Shown in pieces: positions 38,341 to 52,110 of a stretch of 64,000 nt of DNA; within the stretch, counting starts at the first letter, position 1; each line of letters starts with the position of its first letter. Under the pieces are notes generated by a model. That model ran no database searches. It had not been told where the DNA came from and was given only the letters and a program-made list of their open reading frames with translations. A program made the translations under genes and the position numbers. Source of the DNA: the human T2T-CHM13v2.0 reference genome, Homo sapiens; assembly GCF_009914755.1 (NCBI RefSeq), contig NC_060937.1, one strand, 5' to 3'.

Positions 38341-41300
38341 GTGTTTCAAACCTGCTCTATGAAAGGGAATCTTCAACTCTATGAGTTGAATGCAGACATC
38401 AGAAAGAAATTTCTGAGAATGCTGCTGTCTACCTTTTATTTGAATTCCCGCTTCCAACGAAATCCTCCAAGCTATCCAAATATCCACTTGCAGATTCCAC
38501 AAAAAGAGTGTTTCAAAACTGCTCTCTATCAATGGCAAAGTTCAACTCTGTTAGTTGAGGACACATATCACCAACAAGTTTCTGAGAATGCTTCTGTCTA
38601 TTTTTTATGGGAAGATATTTCCTTTTTCACCGTAGGCGTCAAGGCGATCGAAATGTCCACTTCCACAAACTACAAAAAGAGTGTTTCAAACCTGCTCTAT
38701 GAAAGGCCATGTTCATCTCTATGAGTCGAATGGAAATATCCGAAAGAAATTTCTGGGAATGCTGCTGTCTAGTTTTTATACGAATTCCCGCTTCCAACGA
38801 AATCCTCAAAGCAATCCAAATATCCACTTGCAGAATCCACAAAAAGAGTGTTTCAAAACTGCTCTATCAATAGAAAGGTTCAACTCTTTTAGTTGAGTAC
38901 ACACATCACAAACAAGTTTCTGAGAATGCTTCTGTCTGGCTTTTATTGGAAGACGTTTCCTTTTCACCAAAGGCATCAAAGCGCTCCAAATGTCCACTTC
39001 CAGATTCTTCCAAAAGAGTGTTTGAAACGTGCTCAAAGTAAGGGAATGTTCAACTCTGTGACTTGAATGCAGATATCACCAAGTAGTTTCTAATAGTGCT
39101 TCTGTCTAGATTTTAGATGATGATATTCCCGTTTCCAACGAAATCGTTAGAGCTATCCAAATATCCACTTACAGTTGCTACAAAAACAGTGTTTCCAAAC
39201 TGCTGCATCAAAAGAAAGGTTCAACTCTGTTAGTTGAGGACACACGTCACAAAGAAGTTTGTGAGAATGCTTCTGTCTAGATTTTGTATGACGATATTCC
39301 CTTTTCCAACGATATCGTTAAAGCAATCTAAATATCCATTTGCAGAATCCACAAAAATAGAGTTTCAAAGCTGCTCTGTAAAAAGAAAGGTTCCACTCTG
39401 TTAGCTGAGTACACACATCACAAACTTGTTTCTCAGAATCCTTCTGTCTCGTTTTTCTGGGAAGATATTTACTTTTTCACCGTAGGCATCAAAGCGCTCC
39501 AAATGTCCACATCCAGATACTCCAGAAAGAGTGTTTCAAACCTGCTCTATGAAAGGGAATCTTCAACTCTATGAGTTGAATGCAGACATCAGAAAGAAAT
39601 TTCTGAGAATGCTGCTGTCTACCTTTTATTTGAATTCCCGCTTCCAACGAAATCCTCCAAGCTATCCAAATATCCACTTGCAGATTCCACAAAAAGAGTG
39701 TTTCAAAACTGCTCTCTATCAATGGCAAAGTTCAACTCTGTTAGTTGAGGACACATATCACCAACAAGTTTCTGAGAATGCTTCTGTCTATTTTTTATGG
39801 GAAGATATTTCCTTTTTCACCGTAGGCGTCAAGGCGATCGAAATGTCCACTTCCACAAACTACAAAAAGAGTGTTTCAAACCTGCTCTATGAAAGGCCAT
39901 GTTCATCTCTATGAGTCGAATGGAAATATCCGAAAGAAATTTCTGGGAATGCTGCTGTCTAGTTTTTATACGAATTCCCGCTTCCAACGAAATCCTCAAA
40001 GCAATCCAAATATCCACTTGCAGAATCCACAAAAAGAGTGTTTCAAAACTGCTCTATCAATAGAAAGGTTCAACTCTTTTAGTTGAGTACACACATCACA
40101 AACAAGTTTCTGAGAATGCTTCTGTCTGGCTTTTATTGGAAGACGTTTCCTTTTCACCAAAGGCATCAAAGCGCTCCAAATGTCCACTTCCAGATTCTTC
40201 CAAAAGAGTGTTTGAAACGTGCTCAAAGTAAGGGAATGTTCAACTCTGTGACTTGAATGCAGATATCACCAAGTAGTTTCTAATAGTGCTTCTGTCTAGA
40301 TTTTAGATGATGATATTCCCGTTTCCAACGAAATCGTTAGAGCTATCCAAATATCCACTTACAGTTGCTACAAAAACAGTGTTTCCAAACTGCTGCATCA
40401 AAAGAAAGGTTCAACTCTGTTAGTTGAGGACACACGTCACAAAGAAGTTTGTGAGAATGCTTCTGTCTAGATTTTGTATGACGATATTCCCTTTTCCAAC
40501 GATATCGTTAAAGCAATCTAAATATCCATTTGCAGAATCCACAAAAATAGAGTTTCAAAGCTGCTCTGTAAAAAGAAAGGTTCCACTCTGTTAGCTGAGT
40601 ACACACATCACAAACTTGTTTCTCAGAATCCTTCTGTCTCGTTTTTCTGGGAAGATATTTACTTTTTCACCGTAGGCATCAAAGCGCTCCAAATGTCCAC
40701 ATCCAGATACTCCAGAAAGAGTGTTTCAAACCTGCTCTATGAAAGGGAATCTTCAACTCTATGAGTTGAATGCAGACATCAGAAAGAAATTTCTGAGAAT
40801 GCTGCTGTCTACCTTTTATTTGAATTCCCGCTTCCAACGAAATCCTCCAAGCTATCCAAATATCCACTTGCAGATTCCACAAAAAGAGTGTTTCAAAACT
40901 GCTCTCTATCAATGGCAAAGTTCAACTCTGTTAGTTGAGGACACATATCACCAACAAGTTTCTGAGAATGCTTCTGTCTATTTTTTATGGGAAGATATTT
41001 CCTTTTTCACCGTAGGCGTCAAGGCGATCGAAATGTCCACTTCCACAAACTACAAAAAGAGTGTTTCAAACCTGCTCTATGAAAGGCCATGTTCATCTCT
41101 ATGAGTCGAATGGAAATATCCGAAAGAAATTTCTGGGAATGCTGCTGTCTAGTTTTTATACGAATTCCCGCTTCCAACGAAATCCTCAAAGCAATCCAAA
41201 TATCCACTTGCAGAATCCACAAAAAGAGTGTTTCAAAACTGCTCTATCAATAGAAAGGTTCAACTCTTTTAGTTGAGTACACACATCACAAACAAGTTTC

Positions 41301-44300
41301 TGAGAATGCTTCTGTCTGGCTTTTATTGGAAGACGTTTCCTTTTCACCAAAGGCATCAAAGCGCTCCAAATGTCCACTTCCAGATTCTTCCAAAAGAGTG
41401 TTTGAAACGTGCTCAAAGTAAGGGAATGTTCAACTCTGTGACTTGAATGCAGATATCACCAAGTAGTTTCTAATAGTGCTTCTGTCTAGATTTTAGATGA
41501 TGATATTCCCGTTTCCAACGAAATCGTTAGAGCTATCCAAATATCCACTTACAGTTGCTACAAAAACAGTGTTTCCAAACTGCTGCATCAAAAGAAAGGT
41601 TCAACTCTGTTAGTTGAGGACACACGTCACAAAGAAGTTTGTGAGAATGCTTCTGTCTAGATTTTGTATGACGATATTCCCTTTTCCAACGATATCGTTA
41701 AAGCAATCTAAATATCCATTTGCAGAATCCACAAAAATAGAGTTTCAAAGCTGCTCTGTAAAAAGAAAGGTTCCACTCTGTTAGCTGAGTACACACATCA
41801 CAAACTTGTTTCTCAGAATCCTTCTGTCTCGTTTTTCTGGGAAGATATTTACTTTTTCACCGTAGGCATCAAAGCGCTCCAAATGTCCACATCCAGATAC
41901 TCCAGAAAGAGTGTTTCAAACCTGCTCTATGAAAGGGAATCTTCAACTCTATGAGTTGAATGCAGACATCAGAAAGAAATTTCTGAGAATGCTGCTGTCT
42001 ACCTTTTATTTGAATTCCCGCTTCCAACGAAATCCTCCAAGCTATCCAAATATCCACTTGCAGATTCCACAAAAAGAGTGTTTCAAAACTGCTCTCTATC
42101 AATGGCAAAGTTCAACTCTGTTAGTTGAGGACACATATCACCAACAAGTTTCTGAGAATGCTTCTGTCTATTTTTTATGGGAAGATATTTCCTTTTTCAC
42201 CGTAGGCGTCAAGGCGATCGAAATGTCCACTTCCACAAACTACAAAAAGAGTGTTTCAAACCTGCTCTATGAAAGGCCATGTTCATCTCTATGAGTCGAA
42301 TGGAAATATCCGAAAGAAATTTCTGGGAATGCTGCTGTCTAGTTTTTATACGAATTCCCGCTTCCAACGAAATCCTCAAAGCAATCCAAATATCCACTTG
42401 CAGAATCCACAAAAAGAGTGTTTCAAAACTGCTCTATCAATAGAAAGGTTCAACTCTTTTAGTTGAGTACACACATCACAAACAAGTTTCTGAGAATGCT
42501 TCTGTCTGGCTTTTATTGGAAGACGTTTCCTTTTCACCAAAGGCATCAAAGCGCTCCAAATGTCCACTTCCAGATTCTTCCAAAAGAGTGTTTGAAACGT
42601 GCTCAAAGTAAGGGAATGTTCAACTCTGTGACTTGAATGCAGATATCACCAAGTAGTTTCTAATAGTGCTTCTGTCTAGATTTTAGATGATGATATTCCC
42701 GTTTCCAACGAAATCGTTAGAGCTATCCAAATATCCACTTACAGTTGCTACAAAAACAGTGTTTCCAAACTGCTGCATCAAAAGAAAGGTTCAACTCTGT
42801 TAGTTGAGGACACACGTCACAAAGAAGTTTGTGAGAATGCTTCTGTCTAGATTTTGTATGACGATATTCCCTTTTCCAGCGATATCGTTAAAGCAATCTA
42901 AATATCCATTTGCAGAATCCACAAAAATAGAGTTTCAAAGCTGCTCTGTAAAAAGAAAGGTTCCACTCTGTTAGCTGAGTACACACATCACAAACTTGTT
43001 TCTCAGAATCCTTCTGTCTCGTTTTTCTGGGAAGATATTTACTTTTTCACCGTAGGCATCAAAGCGCTCCAAATGTCCACATCCAGATACTCCAGAAAGA
43101 GTGTTTCAAACCTGCTCTATGAAAGGGAATCTTCAACTCTATGAGTTGAATGCAGACATCAGAAAGAAATTTCTGAGAATGCTGCTGTCTACCTTTTATT
43201 TGAATTCCCGCTTCCAACGAAATCCTCCAAGCTATCCAAATATCCACCTGCATTTTCCACAAAAAGAGTGTTTCAAAACTGCTCTCTATCAATGGCAAAG
43301 TTCAACTCTGTTAGTTGAGGACACATATCACCAACAAGTTTCTGAGAATGCTTCTGTCTATTTTTTATGGGAAGATATTTCCTTTTTCACCGTAGGCGTC
43401 AAGGCGATCGAAATGTCCACTTCCACAAACTACAAAAAGAGTGTTTCAAACCTGCTCTATGAAAGGCCATGTTCATCTCTATGAGTCGAATGGAAATATC
43501 CGAAAGAAATTTCTGGGAATGCTGCTGTCTAGTTTTTATACGAATTCCCGCTTCCAACGAAATCCTCAAAGCAATCCAAATATCCACTTGCAGAATCCAC
43601 AAAAAGAGTGTTTCAAAACTGCTCTATCAATAGAAAGGTTCAACTCTTTTAGTTGAGTACACACATCACAAACAAGTTTCTGAGAATGCTTCTGTCTGGC
43701 TTTTATTGGAAGACGTTTCCTTTTCACCAAAGGCATCAAAGCGCTCCAAATGTCCACTTCCAGATTCTTCCAAAAGAGTGTTTGAAACGTGCTCAAAGTA
43801 AGGGAATGTTCAACTCTGTGACTTGAATGCAGATATCACCAAGTAGTTTCTAATAGTGCTTCTGTCTAGATTTTAGATGATGATATTCCCGTTTCCAACG
43901 AAATCGTTAGAGCTATCCAAATATCCACTTACAGTTGCTACAAAAACAGTGTTTCCAAACTGCTGCATCAAAAGAAAGGTTCAACTCTGTTAGTTGAGGA
44001 CACACGTCACAAAGAAGTTTGTGAGAATGCTTCTGTCTAGATTTTGTATGACGATATTCCCTTTTCCAACGATATCGTTAAAGCAATCTAAATATCCATT
44101 TGCAGAATCCACAAAAATAGAGTTTCAAAGCTGCTCTGTAAAAAGAAAGGTTCCACTCTGTTAGCTGAGTACACACATCACAAACTTGTTTCTCAGAATC
44201 CTTCTGTCTCGTTTTTCTGGGAAGATATTTACTTTTTCACCGTAGGCATCAAAGCGCTCCAAATGTCCACATCCAGATACTCCAGAAAGAGTGTTTCAAA

Positions 44301-47300
44301 CCTGCTCTATGAAAGGGAATCTTCAACTCTATGAGTTGAATGCAGACATCAGAAAGAAATTTCTGAGAATGCTGCTGTCTACCTTTTATTTGAATTCCCG
44401 CTTCCAACGAAATCCTCCAAGCTATCCAAATATCCACTTGCAGATTCCACAAAAAGAGTGTTTCAAAACTGCTCTCTATCAATGGCAAAGTTCAACTCTG
44501 TTAGTTGAGGACACATATCACCAACAAGTTTCTGAGAATGCTTCTGTCTATTTTTTATGGGAAGATATTTCCTTTTTCACCGTAGGCGTCAAGGCGATCG
44601 AAATGTCCACTTCCACAAACTACAAAAAGAGTGTTTCAAACCTGCTCTATGAAAGGCCATGTTCATCTCTATGAGTCGAATGGAAATATCCGAAAGAAAT
44701 TTCTGGGAATGCTGCTGTCTAGTTTTTATACGAATTCCCGCTTCCAACGAAATCCTCAAAGCAATCCAAATATCCACTTGCAGAATCCACAAAAAGAGTG
44801 TTTCAAAACTGCTCTATCAATAGAAAGGTTCAACTCTTTTAGTTGAGTACACACATCACAAACAAGTTTCTGAGAATGCTTCTGTCTGGCTTTTATTGGA
44901 AGACGTTTCCTTTTCACCAAAGGCATCAAAGCGCTCCAAATGTCCACTTCCAGATTCTTCCAAAAGAGTGTTTGAAACGTGCTCAAAGTAAGGGAATGTT
45001 CAACTCTGTGACTTGAATGCAGATATCACCAAGTAGTTTCTAATAGTGCTTCTGTCTAGATTTTAGATGATGATATTCCCGTTTCCAACGAAATCGTTAG
45101 AGCTATCCAAATATCCACTTACAGTTGCTACAAAAACAGTGTTTCCAAACTGCTGCATCAAAAGAAAGGTTCAACTCTGTTAGTTGAGGACACACGTCAC
45201 AAAGAAGTTTGTGAGAATGCTTCTGTCTAGATTTTGTATGACGATATTCCCTTTTCCAACGATATCGTTAAAGCAATCTAAATATCCATTTGCAGAATCC
45301 ACAAAAATAGAGTTTCAAAGCTGCTCTGTAAAAAGAAAGGTTCCACTCTGTTAGCTGAGTACACACATCACAAACTTGTTTCTCAGAATCCTTCTGTCTC
45401 GTTTTTCTGGGAAGATATTTACTTTTTCACCGTAGGCATCAAAGCGCTCCAAATGTCCACATCCAGATACTCCAGAAAGAGTGTTTCAAACCTGCTCTAT
45501 GAAAGGGAATCTTCAACTCTATGAGTTGAATGCAGACATCAGAAAGAAATTTCTGAGAATGCTGCTGTCTACCTTTTATTTGAATTCCCGCTTCCAACGA
45601 AATCCTCCAAGCTATCCAAATATCCACTTGCAGATTCCACAAAAAGAGTGTTTCAAAACTGCTCTCTATCAATGGCAAAGTTCAACTCTGTTAGTTGAGG
45701 ACACATATCACCAACAAGTTTCTGAGAATGCTTCTGTCTATTTTTTATGGGAAGATATTTCCTTTTTCACCGTAGGCGTCAAGGCGATCGAAATGTCCAC
45801 TTCCACAAACTACAAAAAGAGTGTTTCAAACCTGCTCTATGAAAGGCCATGTTCATCTCTATGAGTCGAATGGAAATATCCGAAAGAAATTTCTGGGAAT
45901 GCTGCTGTCTAGTTTTTATACGAATTCCCGCTTCCAACGAAATCCTCAAAGCAATCCAAATATCCACTTGCAGAATCCACAAAAAGAGTGTTTCAAAACT
46001 GCTCTATCAATAGAAAGGTTCAACTCTTTTAGTTGAGTACACACATCACAAACAAGTTTCTGAGAATGCTTCTGTCTGGCTTTTATTGGAAGACGTTTCC
46101 TTTTCACCAAAGGCATCAAAGCGCTCCAAATGTCCACTTCCAGATTCTTCCAAAAGAGTGTTTGAAACGTGCTCAAAGTAAGGGAATGTTCAACTCTGTG
46201 ACTTGAATGCAGATATCACCAAGTAGTTTCTAATAGTGCTTCTGTCTAGATTTTAGATGATGATATTCCCGTTTCCAACGAAATCGTTAGAGCTATCCAA
46301 ATATCCACTTACAGTTGCTACAAAAACAGTGTTTCCAAACTGCTGCATCAAAAGAAAGGTTCAACTCTGTTAGTTGAGGACACACGTCACAAAGAAGTTT
46401 GTGAGAATGCTTCTGTCTAGATTTTGTATGACGATATTCCCTTTTCCAACGATATCGTTAAAGCAATCTAAATATCCATTTGCAGAATCCACAAAAATAG
46501 AGTTTCAAAGCTGCTCTGTAAAAAGAAAGGTTCCACTCTGTTAGCTGAGTACACACATCACAAACTTGTTTCTCAGAATCCTTCTGTCTCGTTTTTCTGG
46601 GAAGATATTTACTTTTTCACCGTAGGCATCAAAGCGCTCCAAATGTCCACATCCAGATACTCCAGAAAGAGTGTTTCAAACCTGCTCTATGAAAGGGAAT
46701 CTTCAACTCTATGAGTTGAATGCAGACATCAGAAAGAAATTTCTGAGAATGCTGCTGTCTACCTTTTATTTGAATTCCCGCTTCCAACGAAATCCTCCAA
46801 GCTATCCAAATATCCACTTGCAGATTCCACAAAAAGAGTGTTTCAAAACTGCTCTCTATCAATGGCAAAGTTCAACTCTGTTAGTTGAGGACACATATCA
46901 CCAACAAGTTTCTGAGAATGCTTCTGTCTATTTTTTATGGGAAGATATTTCCTTTTTCACCGTAGGCGTCAAGGCGATCGAAATGTCCACTTCCACAAAC
47001 TACAAAAAGAGTGTTTCAAACCTGCTCTATGAAAGGCCATGTTCATCTCTATGAGTCGAATGGAAATATCCGAAAGAAATTTCTGGGAATGCTGCTGTCT
47101 AGTTTTTATACGAATTCCCGCTTCCAACGAAATCCTCAAAGCAATCCAAATATCCACTTGCAGAATCCACAAAAAGAGTGTTTCAAAACTGCTCTATCAA
47201 TAGAAAGGTTCAACTCTTTTAGTTGAGTACACACATCACAAACAAGTTTCTGAGAATGCTTCTGTCTGGCTTTTATTGGAAGACGTTTCCTTTTCACCAA

Positions 47301-50240
47301 AGGCATCAAAGCGCTCCAAATGTCCACTTCCAGATTCTTCCAAAAGAGTGTTTGAAACGTGCTCAAAGTAAGGGAATGTTCAACTCTGTGACTTGAATGC
47401 AGATATCACCAAGTAGTTTCTAATAGTGCTTCTGTCTAGATTTTAGATGATGATATTCCCGTTTCCAACGAAATCGTTAGAGCTATCCAAATATCCACTT
47501 ACAGTTGCTACAAAAACAGTGTTTCCAAACTGCTGCATCAAAAGAAAGGTTCAACTCTGTTAGTTGAGGACACACGTCACAAAGAAGTTTGTGAGAATGC
47601 TTCTGTCTAGATTTTGTATGACGATATTCCCTTTTCCAACGATATCGTTAAAGCAATCTAAATATCCATTTGCAGAATCCACAAAAATAGAGTTTCAAAG
47701 CTGCTCTGTAAAAAGAAAGGTTCCACTCTGTTAGCTGAGTACACACATCACAAACTTGTTTCTCAGAATCCTTCTGTCTCGTTTTTCTGGGAAGATATTT
47801 ACTTTTTCACCGTAGGCATCAAAGCGCTCCAAATGTCCACATCCAGATACTCCAGAAAGAGTGTTTCAAACCTGCTCTATGAAAGGGAATCTTCAACTCT
47901 ATGAGTTGAATGCAGACATCAGAAAGAAATTTCTGAGAATGCTGCTGTCTACCTTTTATTTGAATTCCCGCTTCCAACGAAATCCTCCAAGCTATCCAAA
48001 TATCCACTTGCAGATTCCACAAAAAGAGTGTTTCAAAACTGCTCTCTATCAATGGCAAAGTTCAACTCTGTTAGTTGAGGACACATATCACCAACAAGTT
48101 TCTGAGAATGCTTCTGTCTATTTTTTATGGGAAGATATTTCCTTTTTCACCGTAGGCGTCAAGGCGATCGAAATGTCCACTTCCACAAACTACAAAAAGA
48201 GTGTTTCAAACCTGCTCTATGAAAGGCCATGTTCATCTCTATGAGTCGAATGGAAATATCCGAAAGAAATTTCTGGGAATGCTGCTGTCTAGTTTTTATA
48301 CGAATTCCCGCTTCCAACGAAATCCTCAAAGCAATCCAAATATCCACTTGCAGAATCCACAAAAAGAGTGTTTCAAAACTGCTCTATCAATAGAAAGGTT
48401 CAACTCTTTTAGTTGAGTACACACATCACAAACAAGTTTCTGAGAATGCTTCTGTCTGGCTTTTATTGGAAGACGTTTCCTTTTCACCAAAGGCATCAAA
48501 GCGCTCCAAATGTCCACTTCCAGATTCTTCCAAAAGAGTGTTTGAAACGTGCTCAAAGTAAGGGAATGTTCAACTCTGTGACTTGAATGCAGATATCACC
48601 AAGTAGTTTCTAATAGTGCTTCTGTCTAGATTTTAGATGATGATATTCCCGTTTCCAACGAAATCGTTAGAGCTATCCAAATATCCACTTACAGTTGCTA
48701 CAAAAACAGTGTTTCCAAACTGCTGCATCAAAAGAAAGGTTCAACTCTGTTAGTTGAGGACACACGTCACAAAGAAGTTTGTGAGAATGCTTCTGTCTAG
48801 ATTTTGTATGACGATATTCCCTTTTCCAGCGATATCGTTAAAGCAATCTAAATATCCATTTGCAGAATCCACAAAAATAGAGTTTCAAAGCTGCTCTGTA
48901 AAAAGAAAGGTTCCACTCTGTTAGCTGAGTACACACATCACAAACTTGTTTCTCAGAATCCTTCTGTCTCGTTTTTCTGGGAAGATATTTACTTTTTCAC
49001 CGTAGGCATCAAAGCGCTCCAAATGTCCACATCCAGATACTCCAGAAAGAGTGTTTCAAACCTGCTCTATGAAAGGGAATCTTCAACTCTATGAGTTGAA
49101 TGCAGACATCAGAAAGAAATTTCTGAGAATGCTGCTGTCTACCTTTTATTTGAATTCCCGCTTCCAACGAAATCCTCCAAGCTATCCAAATATCCACCTG
49201 CATTTTCCACAAAAAGAGTGTTTCAAAACTGCTCTCTATCAATGGCAAAGTTCAACTCTGTTAGTTGAGGACACATATCACCAACAAGTTTCTGAGAATG
49301 CTTCTGTCTATTTTTTATGGGAAGATATTTCCTTTTTCACCGTAGGCGTCAAGGCGATCGAAATGTCCACTTCCACAAACTACAAAAAGAGTGTTTCAAA
49401 CCTGCTCTATGAAAGGCCATGTTCATCTCTATGAGTCGAATGGAAATATCCGAAAGAAATTTCTGGGAATGCTGCTGTCTAGTTTTTATACGAATTCCCG
49501 CTTCCAACGAAATCCTCAAAGCAATCCAAATATCCACTTGCAGAATCCACAAAAAGAGTGTTTCAAAACTGCTCTATCAATAGAAAGGTTCAACTCTTTT
49601 AGTTGAGTACACACATCACAAACAAGTTTCTGAGAATGCTTCTGTCTGGCTTTTATTGGAAGACGTTTCCTTTTCACCAAAGGCATCAAAGCGCTCCAAA
49701 TGTCCACTTCCAGATTCTTCCAAAAGAGTGTTTGAAACGTGCTCAAAGTAAGGGAATGTTCAACTCTGTGACTTGAATGCAGATATCACCAAGTAGTTTC
49801 TAATAGTGCTTCTGTCTAGATTTTAGATGATGATATTCCCGTTTCCAACGAAATCGTTAGAGCTATCCAAATATCCACTTACAGTTTCTACAAAAAGAGT
49901 GTTTCCAAACTGCTGCATCAAAAGAAAGGTTCAACTCTGTTAGTTGAGGACACACGTCACAAAGAAGTTTGTGAGCATGCTTCTGTCTAGATTTTGTATG
50001 ACGATATTCCCTTTTCCAGCGATATCATTAAAGCAATCTAAATATCCATTTGCAGAATCCACAAAAATAGAGTTTCAAAGCTGCTCTGTAAAAAGAAAGG
50101 TTCCACTCTGTTAGCTGAGTACACACATCACAAACTTGTTTCTCAGAATCCTTCTGTCTCGTTTTTATGGGAAGATATTTACTTTTTCACCGTAGGCATC
50201 AAAGCGCTCCAAATGTCCACATCCAGATACTCCAGAAAGA
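38341..50240 (-). repeat. Run of ten consecutive 7-mer blocks (11.9 kb) with no 4-mer cassette
   Basis: Anchors at 38341, 39531, 40721, 41911, 43101, 44291, 45481, 46671, 47861 and 49051, all 1190 bp apart. Confidence 0.95.
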
Positions 50241-52110
50241 GTGTTTCAAACCTGCTCTATGAAAGGGAATCTTCAACTCTATGAGTTGAATGCAGACATC
50301 AGAAAGAAATTTCTGAGAATGCTGCTGTCTACCTTTTATTTGAATTCCCGCTTCCAACGAAATCCTCCAAGCTATCCAAATATCCACCTGCATTTTCCAC
50401 AAAAAGAGCGTTTCAAAACTGCTCTATCAATAGAAATGTTCAACTCCTTTGGCTGGGTACACACATCACAAACAAGTTTCTGAGAATGCTTCTGTCTAGT
50501 TTTTATGGGAAGACATTCCCTTTTTCACCAAAGGCATCAAAGCGCTCCAAATGTCCACTTCCAGACACTACAAAAAGAGTGTTTCCAACGTGCTCTAAGA
50601 AAGCGAATGTTCAACTCTGTGACTTGAATGCAGATATCACAAAGTAGTTTCTGAGAGGGCTTCTGTCTAGATTTTAGATGATGATATTCCCGTTTCCAAC
50701 GAAATCATTAGAGCTATCCAAATATCCACTTACAGTTTCTACAAAAAGAGTGTTTCCAAACTGCTGCATCAAAAGAGAGGTTCCACTCTGTTAGCTGAGT
50801 ACACACATCACAAACTTGTTTCTCAGAATCCTTCTGTCTCGTTTTTCTGGGAAGATATTTACTTTTTCACCGTAGGCATCAAAGCGCTCCAAATGTCCAC
50901 ATCCAGATACTCCAGAAAGAGTGTTTCAAACCTGCTCTATGAAAGGGAATCTTCAACTCTATGAGTTGAATGCAGACATCAGAAAGAAATTTCTGAGAAT
51001 GCTGCTGTCTACCTTTTATTTGAATTCCCGCTTCCAACGAAATCCTCCAAGCTATCCAAATATCCACTTGCAGATTCCACAAAAAGAGTGTTTCAAAACT
51101 GCTCTCTATCAATGGCAAAGTTCAACTCTGTTAGTTGAGGACACATATCACCAACAAGTTTCTGAGAATGCTTCTGTCTATTTTTTATGGGAAGATATTT
51201 CCTTTTTCACCGTAGGCGTCAAGGCGATCGAAATGTCCACTTCCACAAACTACAAAAAGAGTGTTTCAAACCTGCTCTATGAAAGGCCATGTTCATCTCT
51301 ATGAGTCGAATGGAAATATCCGAAAGAAATTTCTGGGAATGCTGCTGTCTAGTTTTTATACGAATTCCCGCTTCCAACGAAATCCTCAAAGCAATCCAAA
51401 TATCCACTTGCAGAATCCACAAAAAGAGTGTTTCAAAACTGCTCTATCAATAGAAAGGTTCAACTCTTTTAGTTGAGTACACACATCACAAACAAGTTTC
51501 TGAGAATGCTTCTGTCTGGCTTTTATTGGAAGACGTTTCCTTTTCACCAAAGGCATCAAAGCGCTCCAAATGTCCACTTCCAGATTCTTCCAAAAGAGTG
51601 TTTGAAACGTGCTCAAAGTAAGGGAATGTTCAACTCTGTGACTTGAATGCAGATATCACCAAGTAGTTTCTAATAGTGCTTCTGTCTAGATTTTAGATGA
51701 TGATATTCCCGTTTCCAACGAAATCGTTAGAGCTATCCAAATATCCACTTACAGTTGCTACAAAAACAGTGTTTCCAAACTGCTGCATCAAAAGAAAGGT
51801 TCAACTCTGTTAGTTGAGGACACACGTCACAAAGAAGTTTGTGAGAATGCTTCTGTCTAGATTTTGTATGACGATATTCCCTTTTCCAACGATATCGTTA
51901 AAGCAATCTAAATATCCATTTGCAGAATCCACAAAAATAGAGTTTCAAAGCTGCTCTGTAAAAAGAAAGGTTCCACTCTGTTAGCTGAGTACACACATCA
52001 CAAACTTGTTTCTCAGAATCCTTCTGTCTCGTTTTTCTGGGAAGATATTTACTTTTTCACCGTAGGCATCAAAGCGCTCCAAATGTCCACATCCAGATAC
52101 TCCAGAAAGA

